Positions 42,844-52,423 of a DNA stretch of 64,000 bases are shown piece by piece. Position 1 is the stretch's first letter; each line of letters opens with the position of its first letter. Below the pieces are notes generated by a model. It was given only the letters and a program-made list of their open reading frames with translations. It did no database searches and had not been told where the DNA came from. This DNA is from Pirellulaceae bacterium. GTDB lineage: Bacteria > Planctomycetota > Planctomycetia > Pirellulales > Pirellulaceae. The stretch lies in assembly GCA_044235425.1 (NCBI GenBank), contig JBIIHW010000009.1, forward strand, positions 1-64,000. Direction: 5' to 3'. Position numbers and translations under genes: made by a program.

Positions 42844-43698
42844 ATGAATCTCGCCCACATGACCGCCGACCGCTGGTGGCAGCAGTTGCTACAGGTCCAG
42901 CAGCAAGCGCACGCCAGCGGGGCCCTGGTGCCGCTCACCACTCGCAGCGAATCGCTGTGGGACGGCACGCTCCGGTTTGCAGTTCGAGTGCTCCTGACCC
43001 CGCCGACGAAATCCGCGGCGCCAGCAGCGAATCCTTTTCTTCCCTACGAACGCGCGCTCTACGTCAGTGATCTGGGCGATCAGCACGTTTGTTTACTCAA
43101 CAAATACTGTGTCACCGATCATCACTTGCTAGTTGTCACCAAGGACTATCGCGCGCAGGAGGAACCGCTGCAGGCGGTCGATTTTGCGGCCATGGATTTG
43201 TGTCTCGCGGCGGCCCAGCAGATCGGATGGCAGGCACTGGCGTTCTTCAATGGTGGTCGCGTGGCCGGAGCGAGTCAGCCACACAAACATCTACAGCTGA
43301 TCTTGGGCTCACCCGGCCAGTCCCCGTTACCACTGTGGGACTGGCTGACGGCGGATCCGGCGGTTTGGGATCGGGGCTGTTTCCAGGCGCTGCCGTTTGA
43401 GCATCAACTGGTACGCTGCGGTGTTCGCTCGGCGGAAGCCGTCTATGCATCGCTGCGCTCCCAGCAACACGATGGGCCGTACAATTTGTTGTGGACGCGC
43501 GACTGGCTGCTGCATGTGCCACGACGAGCGGAATGTTTTGGCACGATCTCACTCAACGCGCTGGCCTTCGCCGGTGGCCTTCTGGTGCGGGGTGAATCCC
43601 AGTGGCAGGCGTTGCAAACGGCCGGCCCACTCGCGGCCCTCCAAGCCACCACGTTCTCTCACCCAACAAGCGGAGACAGGCGGGAGCCGTCGGCGTGA
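42844..43698 (+). CDS. ATP adenylyltransferase / Ap4A phosphorylase (Apa1/Apa2 family, HIT-like)
   Basis: The LLNKYCVTDHHLLVVTKDYRAQEEPL ... FFNGGRVAGASQPHKHLQLI region matches the yeast Apa1/2 LLNKFPV..HxLLVT ... YNCGP.SGASQDHKHLQ signature (H-x-H-x-Q). Confidence 0.6.
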   Translation: MNLAHMTADRWWQQLLQVQQQAHASGALVPLTTRSESLWDGTLRFAVRVLLTPPTKSAAPAANPFLPYERALYVSDLGDQHVCLLNKYCVTDHHLLVVTKDYRAQEEPLQAVDFAAMDLCLAAAQQIGWQALAFFNGGRVAGASQPHKHLQLILGSPGQSPLPLWDWLTADPAVWDRGCFQALPFEHQLVRCGVRSAEAVYASLRSQQHDGPYNLLWTRDWLLHVPRRAECFGTISLNALAFAGGLLVRGESQWQALQTAGPLAALQATTFSHPTSGDRREPSA

Positions 43699-43821
43699 CG
43701 GGAGCCAGGAAGTCGACCGACCTCACACATTGTCGGCTGTCTGACTTGTCCGCAAACTACGAGCACTTTATCTTGTGAGCTACTCGGTCGTCCTTCACCT
43801 CGTTCGATTCAGGTCTTTTTC

Positions 43822-44718
43822 ATGCATGACTTCCAATACGCAGCGCCTACGACGCTTGAGGCTGCCGTCTCGCTTCTCGCCCAGCAATCCACCAGCGCTC
43901 GGCCACTGGCTGGCGGCACCGATCTGATCGATCAGATGCGAGTGGGGCGGACGGCCCCTCAGCTGGTCATCGACATCAAGAAAATTGCCGAGCTGAATGT
44001 GCTCAGCTGCGACTCACAGGGTCTGCGTGTGGGAGCGGCAGTGCCCTGCTACCGCATCAGCGAACATGCTGCCGTTCGGCGCGACTACGCCGCTCTGGCC
44101 GATAGCTGTGCGATCATTGGCGGCGTGCAGATTCAAAGTCGCGCGACGGTGGGCGGTAATCTCTGCACCTCCGGCCCAGCAGGTGATACCACACCCAGCG
44201 TCATCGCACTGGGTGGCATCTGTGTCATTGCCGGCCCAAGTGGAACTCGGGAAGTTCCCGCGGAATCGTTCTGCACGGCTCCTGGGAAGAATGTGCTGCA
44301 GCCGGGCGAACTGCTGGTGGAACTGCGTTTTCCCGCTCCGACGCCCCACAGCGGCTCACACTATCGTCGGCTGATTCCCCGCAACGAAATGGATATCGCC
44401 GTCGTGGGCGTTGGCGTCCACGTGACGCTCGACAAACAGCAGCAAACGTTCTCGTCGGTGCGTTTGTCCCTGGGAGCCGTCGCGCCCACGCCCCTACTGG
44501 TGACCTCCATCGGCCAGGCCTTGGCCGGGCAGGCGGTTACGGACGCAGCCTTCGCGCAGGCCGGTGAACTTGCACGCGCAGCAGCGTCACCCATCACCGA
44601 CATGCGCGGCACCAAAGAGTATCGCTGGCATGTCACCGGAGTGCTGGTGGAACGAGCTCTGCGGGCAGCGGTCGATCGCGCTCGCGGTCTGACCATCGAC
44701 TATCGCCCCGGCCATTAA
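43822..44718 (+). CDS. molybdenum hydroxylase FAD-binding medium subunit (CoxM/XdhB-like)
   Basis: FAD-binding PCMH domain (AGGTDLIDQMR; ATVGGNL) and a CO-dehydrogenase flavoprotein C-terminal domain. Confidence 0.75.
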   Translation: MHDFQYAAPTTLEAAVSLLAQQSTSARPLAGGTDLIDQMRVGRTAPQLVIDIKKIAELNVLSCDSQGLRVGAAVPCYRISEHAAVRRDYAALADSCAIIGGVQIQSRATVGGNLCTSGPAGDTTPSVIALGGICVIAGPSGTREVPAESFCTAPGKNVLQPGELLVELRFPAPTPHSGSHYRRLIPRNEMDIAVVGVGVHVTLDKQQQTFSSVRLSLGAVAPTPLLVTSIGQALAGQAVTDAAFAQAGELARAAASPITDMRGTKEYRWHVTGVLVERALRAAVDRARGLTIDYRPGH

Positions 44719-44888
44719 CCCGTTGTCCGCTCGAGCGTTCGCCCTGGCGAGTGCTTCGCGCACCAGAACAGTTCGCCATATTTTAACCCCTGAAGACGCT
44801 TCCGCCACCTGCGAGGGTGGCAGTGAACAAGACTTTCGCTGAGCCCAATCCCTTTCGCCTTCTTCACCTCGGACGGTGCCTTTTCACT

Positions 44889-45386
44889 ATGTCACAAAAA
44901 CACGTTGTATCCGCGAACATCAATGGCGACCGAGTGGAGTTTCTTTGCGAGCCGCGTCAGACGCTACTCGAAGTGCTCCGCAATACGCTCGATTTGACCG
45001 GCACCAAAGAAGGCTGTTCCAACGGCAACTGCGGCGCCTGCACGGTACTCATGAATGGTCGGCCGGTGGTGAGCTGCTTGGTGCTAGCCATGGAGGCGGA
45101 GGGGAGCGAGATTCGCACGATTGAAGGGGTCGCCTGCGGCTCTCACCTCAACGAAATCCAGCAAGCATTTCTGGAAGGTGCGGCACTGCAGTGCGGAATC
45201 TGCACGCCCGGCATCATCATGCAATCCGAAGCCCTGCTGGCCAAGAATCCCCAGCCGACGGAAGACGAGATTCGTTTCCACTTGGCAGGCAACCTCTGCC
45301 GCTGCACGGGCTATGACAAGATCGTCCGCGCCGTCCAAGCGGCCGCTCAAAAACGTCAAGCTAACCTTGCTGCCAGCCCGTCCTAA
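44889..45386 (+). CDS. molybdenum hydroxylase (2Fe-2S)-binding small subunit (CoxS-like)
   Basis: Plant-type ferredoxin cluster CSNGNCGACTV and a second cluster QCGICTPG ... CRCTGY. The start was set at the internal ATG at 44889. Confidence 0.8.
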   Translation: MSQKHVVSANINGDRVEFLCEPRQTLLEVLRNTLDLTGTKEGCSNGNCGACTVLMNGRPVVSCLVLAMEAEGSEIRTIEGVACGSHLNEIQQAFLEGAALQCGICTPGIIMQSEALLAKNPQPTEDEIRFHLAGNLCRCTGYDKIVRAVQAAAQKRQANLAASPS

Positions 45387-45451
45387 AGGTGCGGCAGTCC
45401 GCCTGGCACAACGGTGGCAGCCATCGTGGCCCCCTGGTACGGACCATCACG

Positions 45452-45497
45452 CACTCCCAAAAAACGCACTCCCAAAAAACGCACTCCAACAACTCAC
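45452..45497 (+). repeat. 15-bp direct repeat (cgcactcccaaaaaa) x~2.7 upstream of the Mo-subunit gene
   Basis: Read directly from the sequence. It lies in the leader immediately upstream of the coxL-like ATG at 45545. Confidence 0.7.
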
Positions 45498-45544
45498 AGA
45501 TTAATCCCGCATTCCTCCCTCTGAACCGAACAGGTATCACTCCC

Positions 45545-47824
45545 ATGTCACTCGCCGATAAGCCCAAATACAAAGTGATTGGCACTCGCCCTATTCGCCA
45601 TGATGGCGTGGACAAAGTGACGGGGCGTGCGAAGTATGGAGCAGACATCAAGCTGAATGGGCTGCTCTACGCCGCCATGCTGCGCAGTCCTCACGCCCAC
45701 GCCCGGATCAAACGCATCGATACCTCGAAGGCGGAAAACATGCCGGGCGTACGGGCGATAGCGACGAGTGCCGATTTGCCCGAGCAGGGTGATCGGATTG
45801 TGGAACTAGGCGAAGGCGCGGTGAACATGCGGCACTTGAGCTGCAATGTTCTGGCGCGCGACAAAGTGCTCTATCGTGGTCATGCGATCGCCGCCGTCGC
45901 CGCCGACTCGATTCACCAAGCCGAAGAAGCGGTCAAGCAGATTGAAGTGGAGTATGAGTTATTGCCACCCGTGCTGCAGGTGCTCGACGCCATGCGTAGC
46001 GATGCGCCGATCCTGAACGACGACGTGCGCACCGAGACGCTCGGCGGCATCGGTGACTATTCCACTGGCCCCACAAACATCGCCAAACGGATCATCATCG
46101 AAAAGGGAAATCTGGAGCAGGGCTTTGCGGCTTGCGATGTGATTGTCGAGCGGACGTTTGATACGGCGATGGTCCATCAAGGCTACATTGAACCGCATAA
46201 TGCGACGGTGTTATGGAGTCCGGATGGCAAGATTACGGTCTGGATGAGCACGCAGGGTTCATTCACCGCTCGGCAACAGACGGCCGAGTTACTGCGGGTA
46301 CCGATTTCCGCGGTGAAGGTCGTGCCGATGGAAATTGGTGGTGGCTTTGGTGGAAAGATTTCAGTCTATCTGCCGCCGGTGGCGGCCGTGTTGTCGAAAA
46401 AGACGGGCCGCCCCGTGAAACTGGTCATGTCGCGCACGGATGTGCTCGAAGCGACCGGTCCCACCCCGGGCTCGCACATGAAAATCAAGCTCGGGGCGAC
46501 GCGTGATGGCCGGCTCATGGCGGGCGACGCCTGGGTGGCGTTTGAGGCTGGAGCGTTTCCGGGTTCGCCGATTGGTGCGGCCGTCATTTGCGTCTTTGCT
46601 TGCTACGATATTCCGCATGGACGAGTCGAGGGTTATGACGTCTGCGTGAATCGACCGCGCACCAACGCTTATCGCGCGCCAGGTTCCACGCAGGTCGCGT
46701 TCGCCGTGGAGACGGTGATCCAGGAGCTGTGCGGGAAGCTGGGAATTGACCCTGCCGAATTTCGGCTCAAAAACGCCGCTCGCGAAGGCACTCGCCGTGT
46801 CGACGGCCCGGTATTCCAGCGTGTGGGGCTGGTGGAAACGGTGCAGGCGATACGGGACAGCGAACATTACCGCTCGCCGCTGGGTGGCAAGCATCGCGGA
46901 CGTGGCATCGCGTCCGGTTTCTGGATGAACTGTGGTCTGAAGTCGGCGGTTACGGCCACGGTGAACCCCGACGGTACGGTGTCGCTGGTCGAAGGTTCGA
47001 CCGACATTGGCGGCAGTCGTACCGGTATCGCGATGCAGTTGGCCGAGACACTGGGAATTCGCGCCGAAGATGTCACTCCGACGATTGGCGATACCGACAG
47101 CGTGGGCTACACCGACGTGACGGGAGGTAGTCGAGTGACGTTTGCGACGGGCATCGCCGCCTACGAAGCGGCTCAGGACATTAAACGGCAACTCATTCAG
47201 CGTGCGGCATTGCTCTGGAGCGTACCGGCCAGCGAGGTGAGTTATCGCGACGGTGGCGTCACCGGCCCCGGCGATCAGCGACTTAGCTTTGCCGAAATCG
47301 CCGCCAAGATCGCCCACACGGGAGGCGCGGTGATTGGCAGCGGCACCTCCAGTGAAGCTCAGCAGGGTGGCGCGTTCGGCACGCACTGCGTGGATGTCGA
47401 GGTTGATCCGGACACCGGCAAAGTGCAGATTCTCCGCTACACCGCCGCTCAAGACGTCGGCACCGCAATTCACCCCAGCTACGTCGAAGGTCAGATTCAA
47501 GGGGGAGCGGTTCAAGGGATCGGCTGGGCGCTCAGTGAAGAGTACTGGTATGACGCACAAGGCACGATGCGAAACTCCACGTTACTCGATTACCGCACTC
47601 CCACCTGCTACGACGTGCCGATGATTGACACGATTCTGGTTGAAGTCCCCGATCCGGCTCATCCCTATGGGGTGCGCGGAGTAGGCGAGGTGCCGATTTG
47701 CCCGCCACCCGCGGCGATCGCCAACGCGATTGCTCAAGCCGTCGGCGTCCAGATGACGCAGTTGCCGATGTCGCCACCCCATCTGCTCGCCGCAATCCTC
47801 AAGTCTCGCGCCGCGAAGTCTTAA
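45545..47824 (+). CDS. molybdenum hydroxylase large molybdopterin-binding subunit (xanthine dehydrogenase/aldehyde oxidase/CoxL family)
   Basis: Aldehyde oxidase/xanthine dehydrogenase a/b hammerhead and MoCo-binding domains (GRAKYGAD, HAHARI, GGGFGGK, active-site E near C-terminus region GVGE). The start was set at ATG 45545. Confidence 0.8.
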   Translation: MSLADKPKYKVIGTRPIRHDGVDKVTGRAKYGADIKLNGLLYAAMLRSPHAHARIKRIDTSKAENMPGVRAIATSADLPEQGDRIVELGEGAVNMRHLSCNVLARDKVLYRGHAIAAVAADSIHQAEEAVKQIEVEYELLPPVLQVLDAMRSDAPILNDDVRTETLGGIGDYSTGPTNIAKRIIIEKGNLEQGFAACDVIVERTFDTAMVHQGYIEPHNATVLWSPDGKITVWMSTQGSFTARQQTAELLRVPISAVKVVPMEIGGGFGGKISVYLPPVAAVLSKKTGRPVKLVMSRTDVLEATGPTPGSHMKIKLGATRDGRLMAGDAWVAFEAGAFPGSPIGAAVICVFACYDIPHGRVEGYDVCVNRPRTNAYRAPGSTQVAFAVETVIQELCGKLGIDPAEFRLKNAAREGTRRVDGPVFQRVGLVETVQAIRDSEHYRSPLGGKHRGRGIASGFWMNCGLKSAVTATVNPDGTVSLVEGSTDIGGSRTGIAMQLAETLGIRAEDVTPTIGDTDSVGYTDVTGGSRVTFATGIAAYEAAQDIKRQLIQRAALLWSVPASEVSYRDGGVTGPGDQRLSFAEIAAKIAHTGGAVIGSGTSSEAQQGGAFGTHCVDVEVDPDTGKVQILRYTAAQDVGTAIHPSYVEGQIQGGAVQGIGWALSEEYWYDAQGTMRNSTLLDYRTPTCYDVPMIDTILVEVPDPAHPYGVRGVGEVPICPPPAAIANAIAQAVGVQMTQLPMSPPHLLAAILKSRAAKS

Positions 47825-47826
47825 CC

Positions 47827-48090
47827 ATGCCGCGACTGTTTATTCCCCCGCAGCTACGAGCGTCCGTGGGAGGCTGCGAGGTGGTGGAGGCTCCCAGTGG
47901 TACCCTGGGTGCCGTGGTGGAAGATGTGGAACGGCGGTTTCCGGGCTTTCGCGCACGGATCTGCGTGGCCGATCAGATCCGTCCGGGCCTGGCGATCTCC
48001 ATCGATGGGCGGTTCGCCTCCCTGGGCCTGCTGCAACCGGTTGGGGAGTCGGCCGAGGTGCATTTTTTGCCCGCGGTCGGCGGCGGATGA
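47827..48090 (+). CDS. MoaD/ThiS-family ubiquitin-like sulfur-carrier protein (C-terminal GG)
   Basis: An 87-aa protein ending ...FLPAVGGG-stop, as in MoaD/ThiS. It starts 3 nt after the large-subunit stop. Confidence 0.55.
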   Translation: MPRLFIPPQLRASVGGCEVVEAPSGTLGAVVEDVERRFPGFRARICVADQIRPGLAISIDGRFASLGLLQPVGESAEVHFLPAVGGG

Positions 48091-48183
48091 CCAGGCGGCG
48101 GATGGGACGCGGCGCCGCCCGGCACGCGATCCTCAGGATCCATCCGTGGAAAGAGTGGTATGGCAAAGCCTGCTCCCCCACAC

Positions 48184-48626
48184 GAAAAAAAGAGAAGTCA
48201 ATTCGCCGACGCGTCGCTTTCAGTTTTTTCCTGCGGGAGAGAAGGGATTTTTCTTACGTGAATGTGGATCGCGCTTGAGGGGTTTATTTTATGTGTAAAC
48301 GAATCTTCAAAGGAAACGTGCTCCCCTCTCCCCAATCAGAAAAATCGGGTTATTATCCATTTTGAAATAAGATGCCATTTTTCTGACTGGGGAGAGGGGC
48401 TGGGGGTGAGGGGCTAGAGCGACGCTTGCAGCACGCACACCAGCTTGTCTTATGGATACAACTCGCGGCAGAAAAAACGATCATCTCGCTGCGAGCCAAA
48501 GAGCAAAACCTGCTGGCTTGCCTGCGAACTGCTGGCCCCATCGGCCTCCTCATCCCCGTCGCTTCTCCCCCACAGGAAAAAGAGGTGAGTCAATTTGCCG
48601 ACGCAATGCTCAGCGTTTTTTCCTGC
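48184..48626. other. structured AT-richer non-coding island: ~60-bp imperfect direct repeats (48184-48243 and 48565-48626) flanking a 23-bp-stem hairpin (48322-48400)
   Basis: The direct repeats are gaaaaa(a)gag..agtcaatt(c/t)gccgacgc...ttttttcctgcgggagagaag, each ending in a T-run. The inverted repeat is cccctctccccaatcagaaaaat / atttttctgactggggagaggg with 1 mismatch and a 31-nt AT-rich loop. Local GC drops sharply. Confidence 0.6.
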
Positions 48627-48829
48627 GGGAGAGAAGTAACGCGATAAACCTTCGCGGCACGATGCCGTGATCCGAATGGCAGGATGCCCTCACCCATTTG
48701 CCAACTCGAGGTCATCAAAACTCCAGTTGCCGGTGAACCAGTTCAATTCTCACCAGGAACTTGCCGATTCACTGGAAGCCGAATACACTACTCACGTGTC
48801 CTTCCGATTTTGGCTACCGGCTTGTCGCC

Positions 48830-49360
48830 ATGACTCTTCATCCTCGTCACTCTCTGAGCTGGCTTTTTCTTGTGCCGCGCGGCATGGCCTCGACTGGGCG
48901 CTGGTTCCCCGTGAGCCTGACGTTTCTGGTGGCGCTGCTCCTGGTGCCGCTGATCTTGGCGGAGCGAGTAGAGGCTGGGTGCGGCAGTTATGTGCGAGTC
49001 GGCAACTGGCAGCATGGTGGGCGGCAGCTGAGGGCGAGCGGTGTAATGGACTGGCGAATGCACGGAACGGTCGGTCCGGCATCGCAGGGTCTGCAGCGCA
49101 CTTCTATGCGGTTGCACCTGGGTGGTCAGGATGAAGCGCCGAGTGACTGTCAGGGGCCGAACTGTTCACGACAATCGGCACCGCTGAAGGTTCCCGCCCC
49201 AACGTCTGTGCCACGTTCCCACTCGCCGGAGATCTTACCGCTTCGGTGGGAAGTTTGGGCGCCGCAATTCTGTTGTTGCGGTTGGTTAACACTGGACGCC
49301 GCAAGTCCGCTGCAGCGGGCAGCTTCTATCTTGCGTCCGCCGCGTGTGGCAGGCAGCTGA
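48830..49360 (+). CDS. hypothetical small membrane/secreted protein (very uncertain)
   Basis: An ORF with a hydrophobic segment (WFPVSLTFLVALLLVPLILA). It has no recognisable family. Overlapping ORFs in other frames mean the region may be non-coding. Confidence 0.2.
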   Translation: MTLHPRHSLSWLFLVPRGMASTGRWFPVSLTFLVALLLVPLILAERVEAGCGSYVRVGNWQHGGRQLRASGVMDWRMHGTVGPASQGLQRTSMRLHLGGQDEAPSDCQGPNCSRQSAPLKVPAPTSVPRSHSPEILPLRWEVWAPQFCCCGWLTLDAASPLQRAASILRPPRVAGS

Positions 49361-49663
49361 GTAGCCGTCGACAGGTGGTTGCGCTGCTGGCTGCTGGATG
49401 GAATCCCTGAATTTGAATCAGCTGGTGTCATACGAGCTGGTTTCGATTGAACTGGTTTCGCTATCGCGGATTTCCACAAAGCAGGTTGGCGTAAATCCCT
49501 CTTCGGCGAGTGTTGAAGCGTCTGTGACTCGGCATCTTTTGATGTTCGGAGTACAGTCTCAGCGACATCGGCGTTAACAGCCGCTGCGTTAGTCCGTTCT
49601 GTGAAACTCACGGTTGGCCTATTTCTTGCACATTCAGGCGCACTTTTTATAGGGATTCATCCC

Positions 49664-50755
49664 ATGCAGTTTTTTCCTCATTTGTTTGACCAGAGTATTC
49701 GTACTCATTTTTCATCCTGTGTAAGTCGCTTCTCAGTTCATCGCTTTTCGGTTGGCGACTCATCGGTCAGCACCACGTCCTCTCAATCCGCTGTCGTGTG
49801 CACGGTCTCGCGGAAGCGCGGCTTCACCTTGGTAGAGCTCCTGGTCGTGATCGCGATCATTGGGATCTTGGTGGCACTATTATTGCCGGCCGTGCAGGCG
49901 GCGCGCGAGGCAGCGCGGCGCACTCAGTGCACCAACAACATGCGTCAAATGGCGATCGCGGTTCACAATTACCATGATTCCTATTTGGCCTTTCCCTACG
50001 CCTATCAGCAGTCCATCTCCATGCACGCTCGACTGCTTCCTTACATGGAGCAGACGAATGTCTACAACATGATTGACTTTCGAGTGCCATGGAACGATCC
50101 GGCGAATGCTCCCGTTCTCCCGATTCGTATTCCCACCTTCATTTGTGCCTCCGATCCCGACATGCTGCCGACGAATCTAGGTGGCAGTAACAATTACTAC
50201 GGCAACATGGGGACGAACATTCTGTACCTGGCTCCATCGACGGTTCCGGGGAATCCGAATTTCGGCATGCCGGAACACAATGGAGCGTTTTCGGCGAGTG
50301 TCGCGGTTCGGTTTGGGGACATCCTGGATGGCACCAGCAACACCGCCATGTTCGGTGAGAAGAATCGGGGAGATGGATCGAATGGTCGCAGCACTCCGGC
50401 ATCGGACACCTATCGACCCGGAACCTTTCCGGCGACGGCCGACCAGGCCCTGGCGGATTGCATGGCAACCAACATCAATGACCTGGCGATGCAAGGTTAT
50501 TCCAACGTCGGTGCTCCTTGGTTGCAACCTTATCACTCCACCACCGCTTATTACCACATTCTGCCACCCAACTCGCGTTCCTGCATGTTCCCTCCAGGAC
50601 GCATCGCCACGACGGCGATGAGTCGTCACGCGGGTGGCATCGTGCAATTTGCCATGTGCGATGGTTCGGTGCGCGGGGTGCCGAGTTCGATTGATTTGCG
50701 CGTCTATCGAGCTGTAGGTACTCGCGATGGCGGCGATGTGGTGTCCGGTTTTTAA
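49664..50755 (+). CDS. DUF1559 protein with prepilin-type N-terminal cleavage/methylation motif (H-X9-DG family)
   Basis: It has the class-III signal G|[42 protein letters not shown] typical of Planctomycetes DUF1559. The start is uncertain. ATG 49664, preceded by AGGGA, gives a 49-aa leader. GTG 49796 would give the usual short MCTVSRKRG leader. Confidence 0.7.
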   Translation: MQFFPHLFDQSIRTHFSSCVSRFSVHRFSVGDSSVSTTSSQSAVVCTVSRKRGFTLVELLVVIAIIGILVALLLPAVQAAREAARRTQCTNNMRQMAIAVHNYHDSYLAFPYAYQQSISMHARLLPYMEQTNVYNMIDFRVPWNDPANAPVLPIRIPTFICASDPDMLPTNLGGSNNYYGNMGTNILYLAPSTVPGNPNFGMPEHNGAFSASVAVRFGDILDGTSNTAMFGEKNRGDGSNGRSTPASDTYRPGTFPATADQALADCMATNINDLAMQGYSNVGAPWLQPYHSTTAYYHILPPNSRSCMFPPGRIATTAMSRHAGGIVQFAMCDGSVRGVPSSIDLRVYRAVGTRDGGDVVSGF

Positions 50756-50862
50756 GCAAACTCAGTCGTTGTGATCAGATCAGTCTGAGTTCCTCAGACT
50801 GATTTGATCGCCCGAGAGCTGATTCAGATAGGTTTTCCGTGAAAGGTATAACGGTGCTTGGA

Positions 50863-51270
50863 ATGAGGGATCAGGATTTTGGATGGAGGCGGAATTGGTT
50901 GCGAATTGTGGGACTCATGATGTTCAGTTATGTTCTGCTGCTGACGGGCTGCGATCAAGGTGCTCGCTCACTGGCGCTGGACAAAGATCAAGCCCGCGAG
51001 TCGCTCAACAAATTCCTGCAATGCTGGGTGGATGGCGGGGAAGCGAAGTCGTTGAGCACGCAGAAGCCAGCGATCATTGGTCGAGACCCCGCCTGGGACG
51101 AAGGAACCAAACTGCTCCGCTACTCGCTGGTGCAGGAGTCGAGTGATGGTACGAATCTGCACATCACCGCCGAGTTGCATTTTCAGGGCACCGGCGACGA
51201 AACGCGAAGCCGCCACATTCGCTATGTGGTGGGCACGAGTCCGGTGATTACCGTCTTCCGGGCCGAGTAA
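50863..51270 (+). CDS. small lipoprotein
   Basis: A signal peptide with lipobox LLLTGC lies immediately downstream of the DUF1559 gene. Confidence 0.5.
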   Translation: MRDQDFGWRRNWLRIVGLMMFSYVLLLTGCDQGARSLALDKDQARESLNKFLQCWVDGGEAKSLSTQKPAIIGRDPAWDEGTKLLRYSLVQESSDGTNLHITAELHFQGTGDETRSRHIRYVVGTSPVITVFRAE

Positions 51271-51301
51271 ATCCGCGGGGAACGAGCGAGCGGAAGGAGA
51301 C

Positions 51302-52222
51302 TCAACTTCCGCTCGGCTTGCCTCGTAACGCATCCTCCTCACTGGGCTTGCCCAGCATCACATCCGCTACCTCGCCCAGTTTTCGCGACACGTTCTTGGC
51401 GAAGAGGCCGCCGAGCGCGGCGAGCAGCCAGAGTCCGTTCAAGTCGCTGCCCGCTGTCGCGACCTCGTTCCCCTTGAGCCAGCCACCTGAGCTCAAGAAG
51501 AACATGAGCAGCCCCATCACTGTGCCCTCGAGCGGCATGATGACGTAGTAGGGGATCCACGATTTCACCAGCCGATTCTTGGCAATGTACATCACCACCG
51601 AACTCAGCAGTCGCAAGCTGCCACCCAAACAACCAAACATCAGCACCATCAGGTAGATCGCCCGTGATGGCGAGTTGGATGATGGTTGTGTTTGATTCTC
51701 TTTCTGAGTTGGTGGCGAAGCTTGGGAATTGGCTGGTGTTGTTGGTGTTGATGCTGGTGTTGGTGTTGACGTTGTGACTCGTGCCGCGATGGGGGGCGTC
51801 ATTCGCATGGGTCGTTCCCACAGCAGTCCAATCCCGCTCAGCATCAGGATGGTCAGCACGGCACCGTAGATGAGTAGCGCCCAGCGCTGGAGAGGCGAGA
51901 TTTCTCGGCCCCTTAACTGCTGCAGGTCGTAATCCAGGCTTTCCAGTTCACTCTGCAGCGAGTCGACCTGATCGGCTGGCAAGCCGTCGAAGTTCGTGGC
52001 CTCCTGCTTACCGCCGGCGTCCTTCGGAGCACGGCCGATCAATCCATCGAGACGGCTGCTCCAAACGCCAAACTGCGCTGGAGGCGATTTTAGCTTCAGG
52101 TATTCATCGCGATGAGCGGCTAACTCTTCCAGACGCGTGCTAAGCTGAGCTGCGGAAATGGGCATAAGCTGGTTACTCCGGAGAGCCATCAAGGTGCGTT
52201 CTTCATCACCATAATCCCCCAA
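51302..52222 (-). CDS. hypothetical membrane protein with Thr/Pro-rich linker
   Basis: An N-terminal coiled/charged region, at least three predicted TM helices and a TSTPTPASTPTTP low-complexity linker. No family could be assigned. Confidence 0.4.
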   Translation of the reverse strand: MGDYGDEERTLMALRSNQLMPISAAQLSTRLEELAAHRDEYLKLKSPPAQFGVWSSRLDGLIGRAPKDAGGKQEATNFDGLPADQVDSLQSELESLDYDLQQLRGREISPLQRWALLIYGAVLTILMLSGIGLLWERPMRMTPPIAARVTTSTPTPASTPTTPANSQASPPTQKENQTQPSSNSPSRAIYLMVLMFGCLGGSLRLLSSVVMYIAKNRLVKSWIPYYVIMPLEGTVMGLLMFFLSSGGWLKGNEVATAGSDLNGLWLLAALGGLFAKNVSRKLGEVADVMLGKPSEEDALRGKPSGS

Positions 52223-52423
52223 ATCAGAGTTTCCAGCTTCCCCAGCTATTTTTGGGCCAGCCGGGATTTACGTGGGTAGAGGTCCGGTCCACCGAAATCA
52301 AAAAGCACGATTCGTAAAGCTGAGTGCTCCCTTCGCCCCGAAGAGTCCAGGTGTTCGCAGCGCGGCGCCCATACCGCGGTTCTGCCGCTCGGGCTTTTAA
52401 GCTGAGAATGATTCGTGGTGCCC

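Noticed and set aside
46361-47560. 399-aa minus-strand ORF inside the Mo-hydroxylase large-subunit gene
   Set aside because: It is an antisense shadow ORF, and the plus-strand frame encodes the conserved XDH/CoxL domains.
48667-49134. 155-aa plus-strand ORF in the non-coding island downstream of MoaD
   Set aside because: It overlaps alternative-frame ORFs of similar length, has no motifs and has T-ending codon usage unlike neighbouring genes. Only the 48830-49360 frame was kept, as a very low-confidence candidate.
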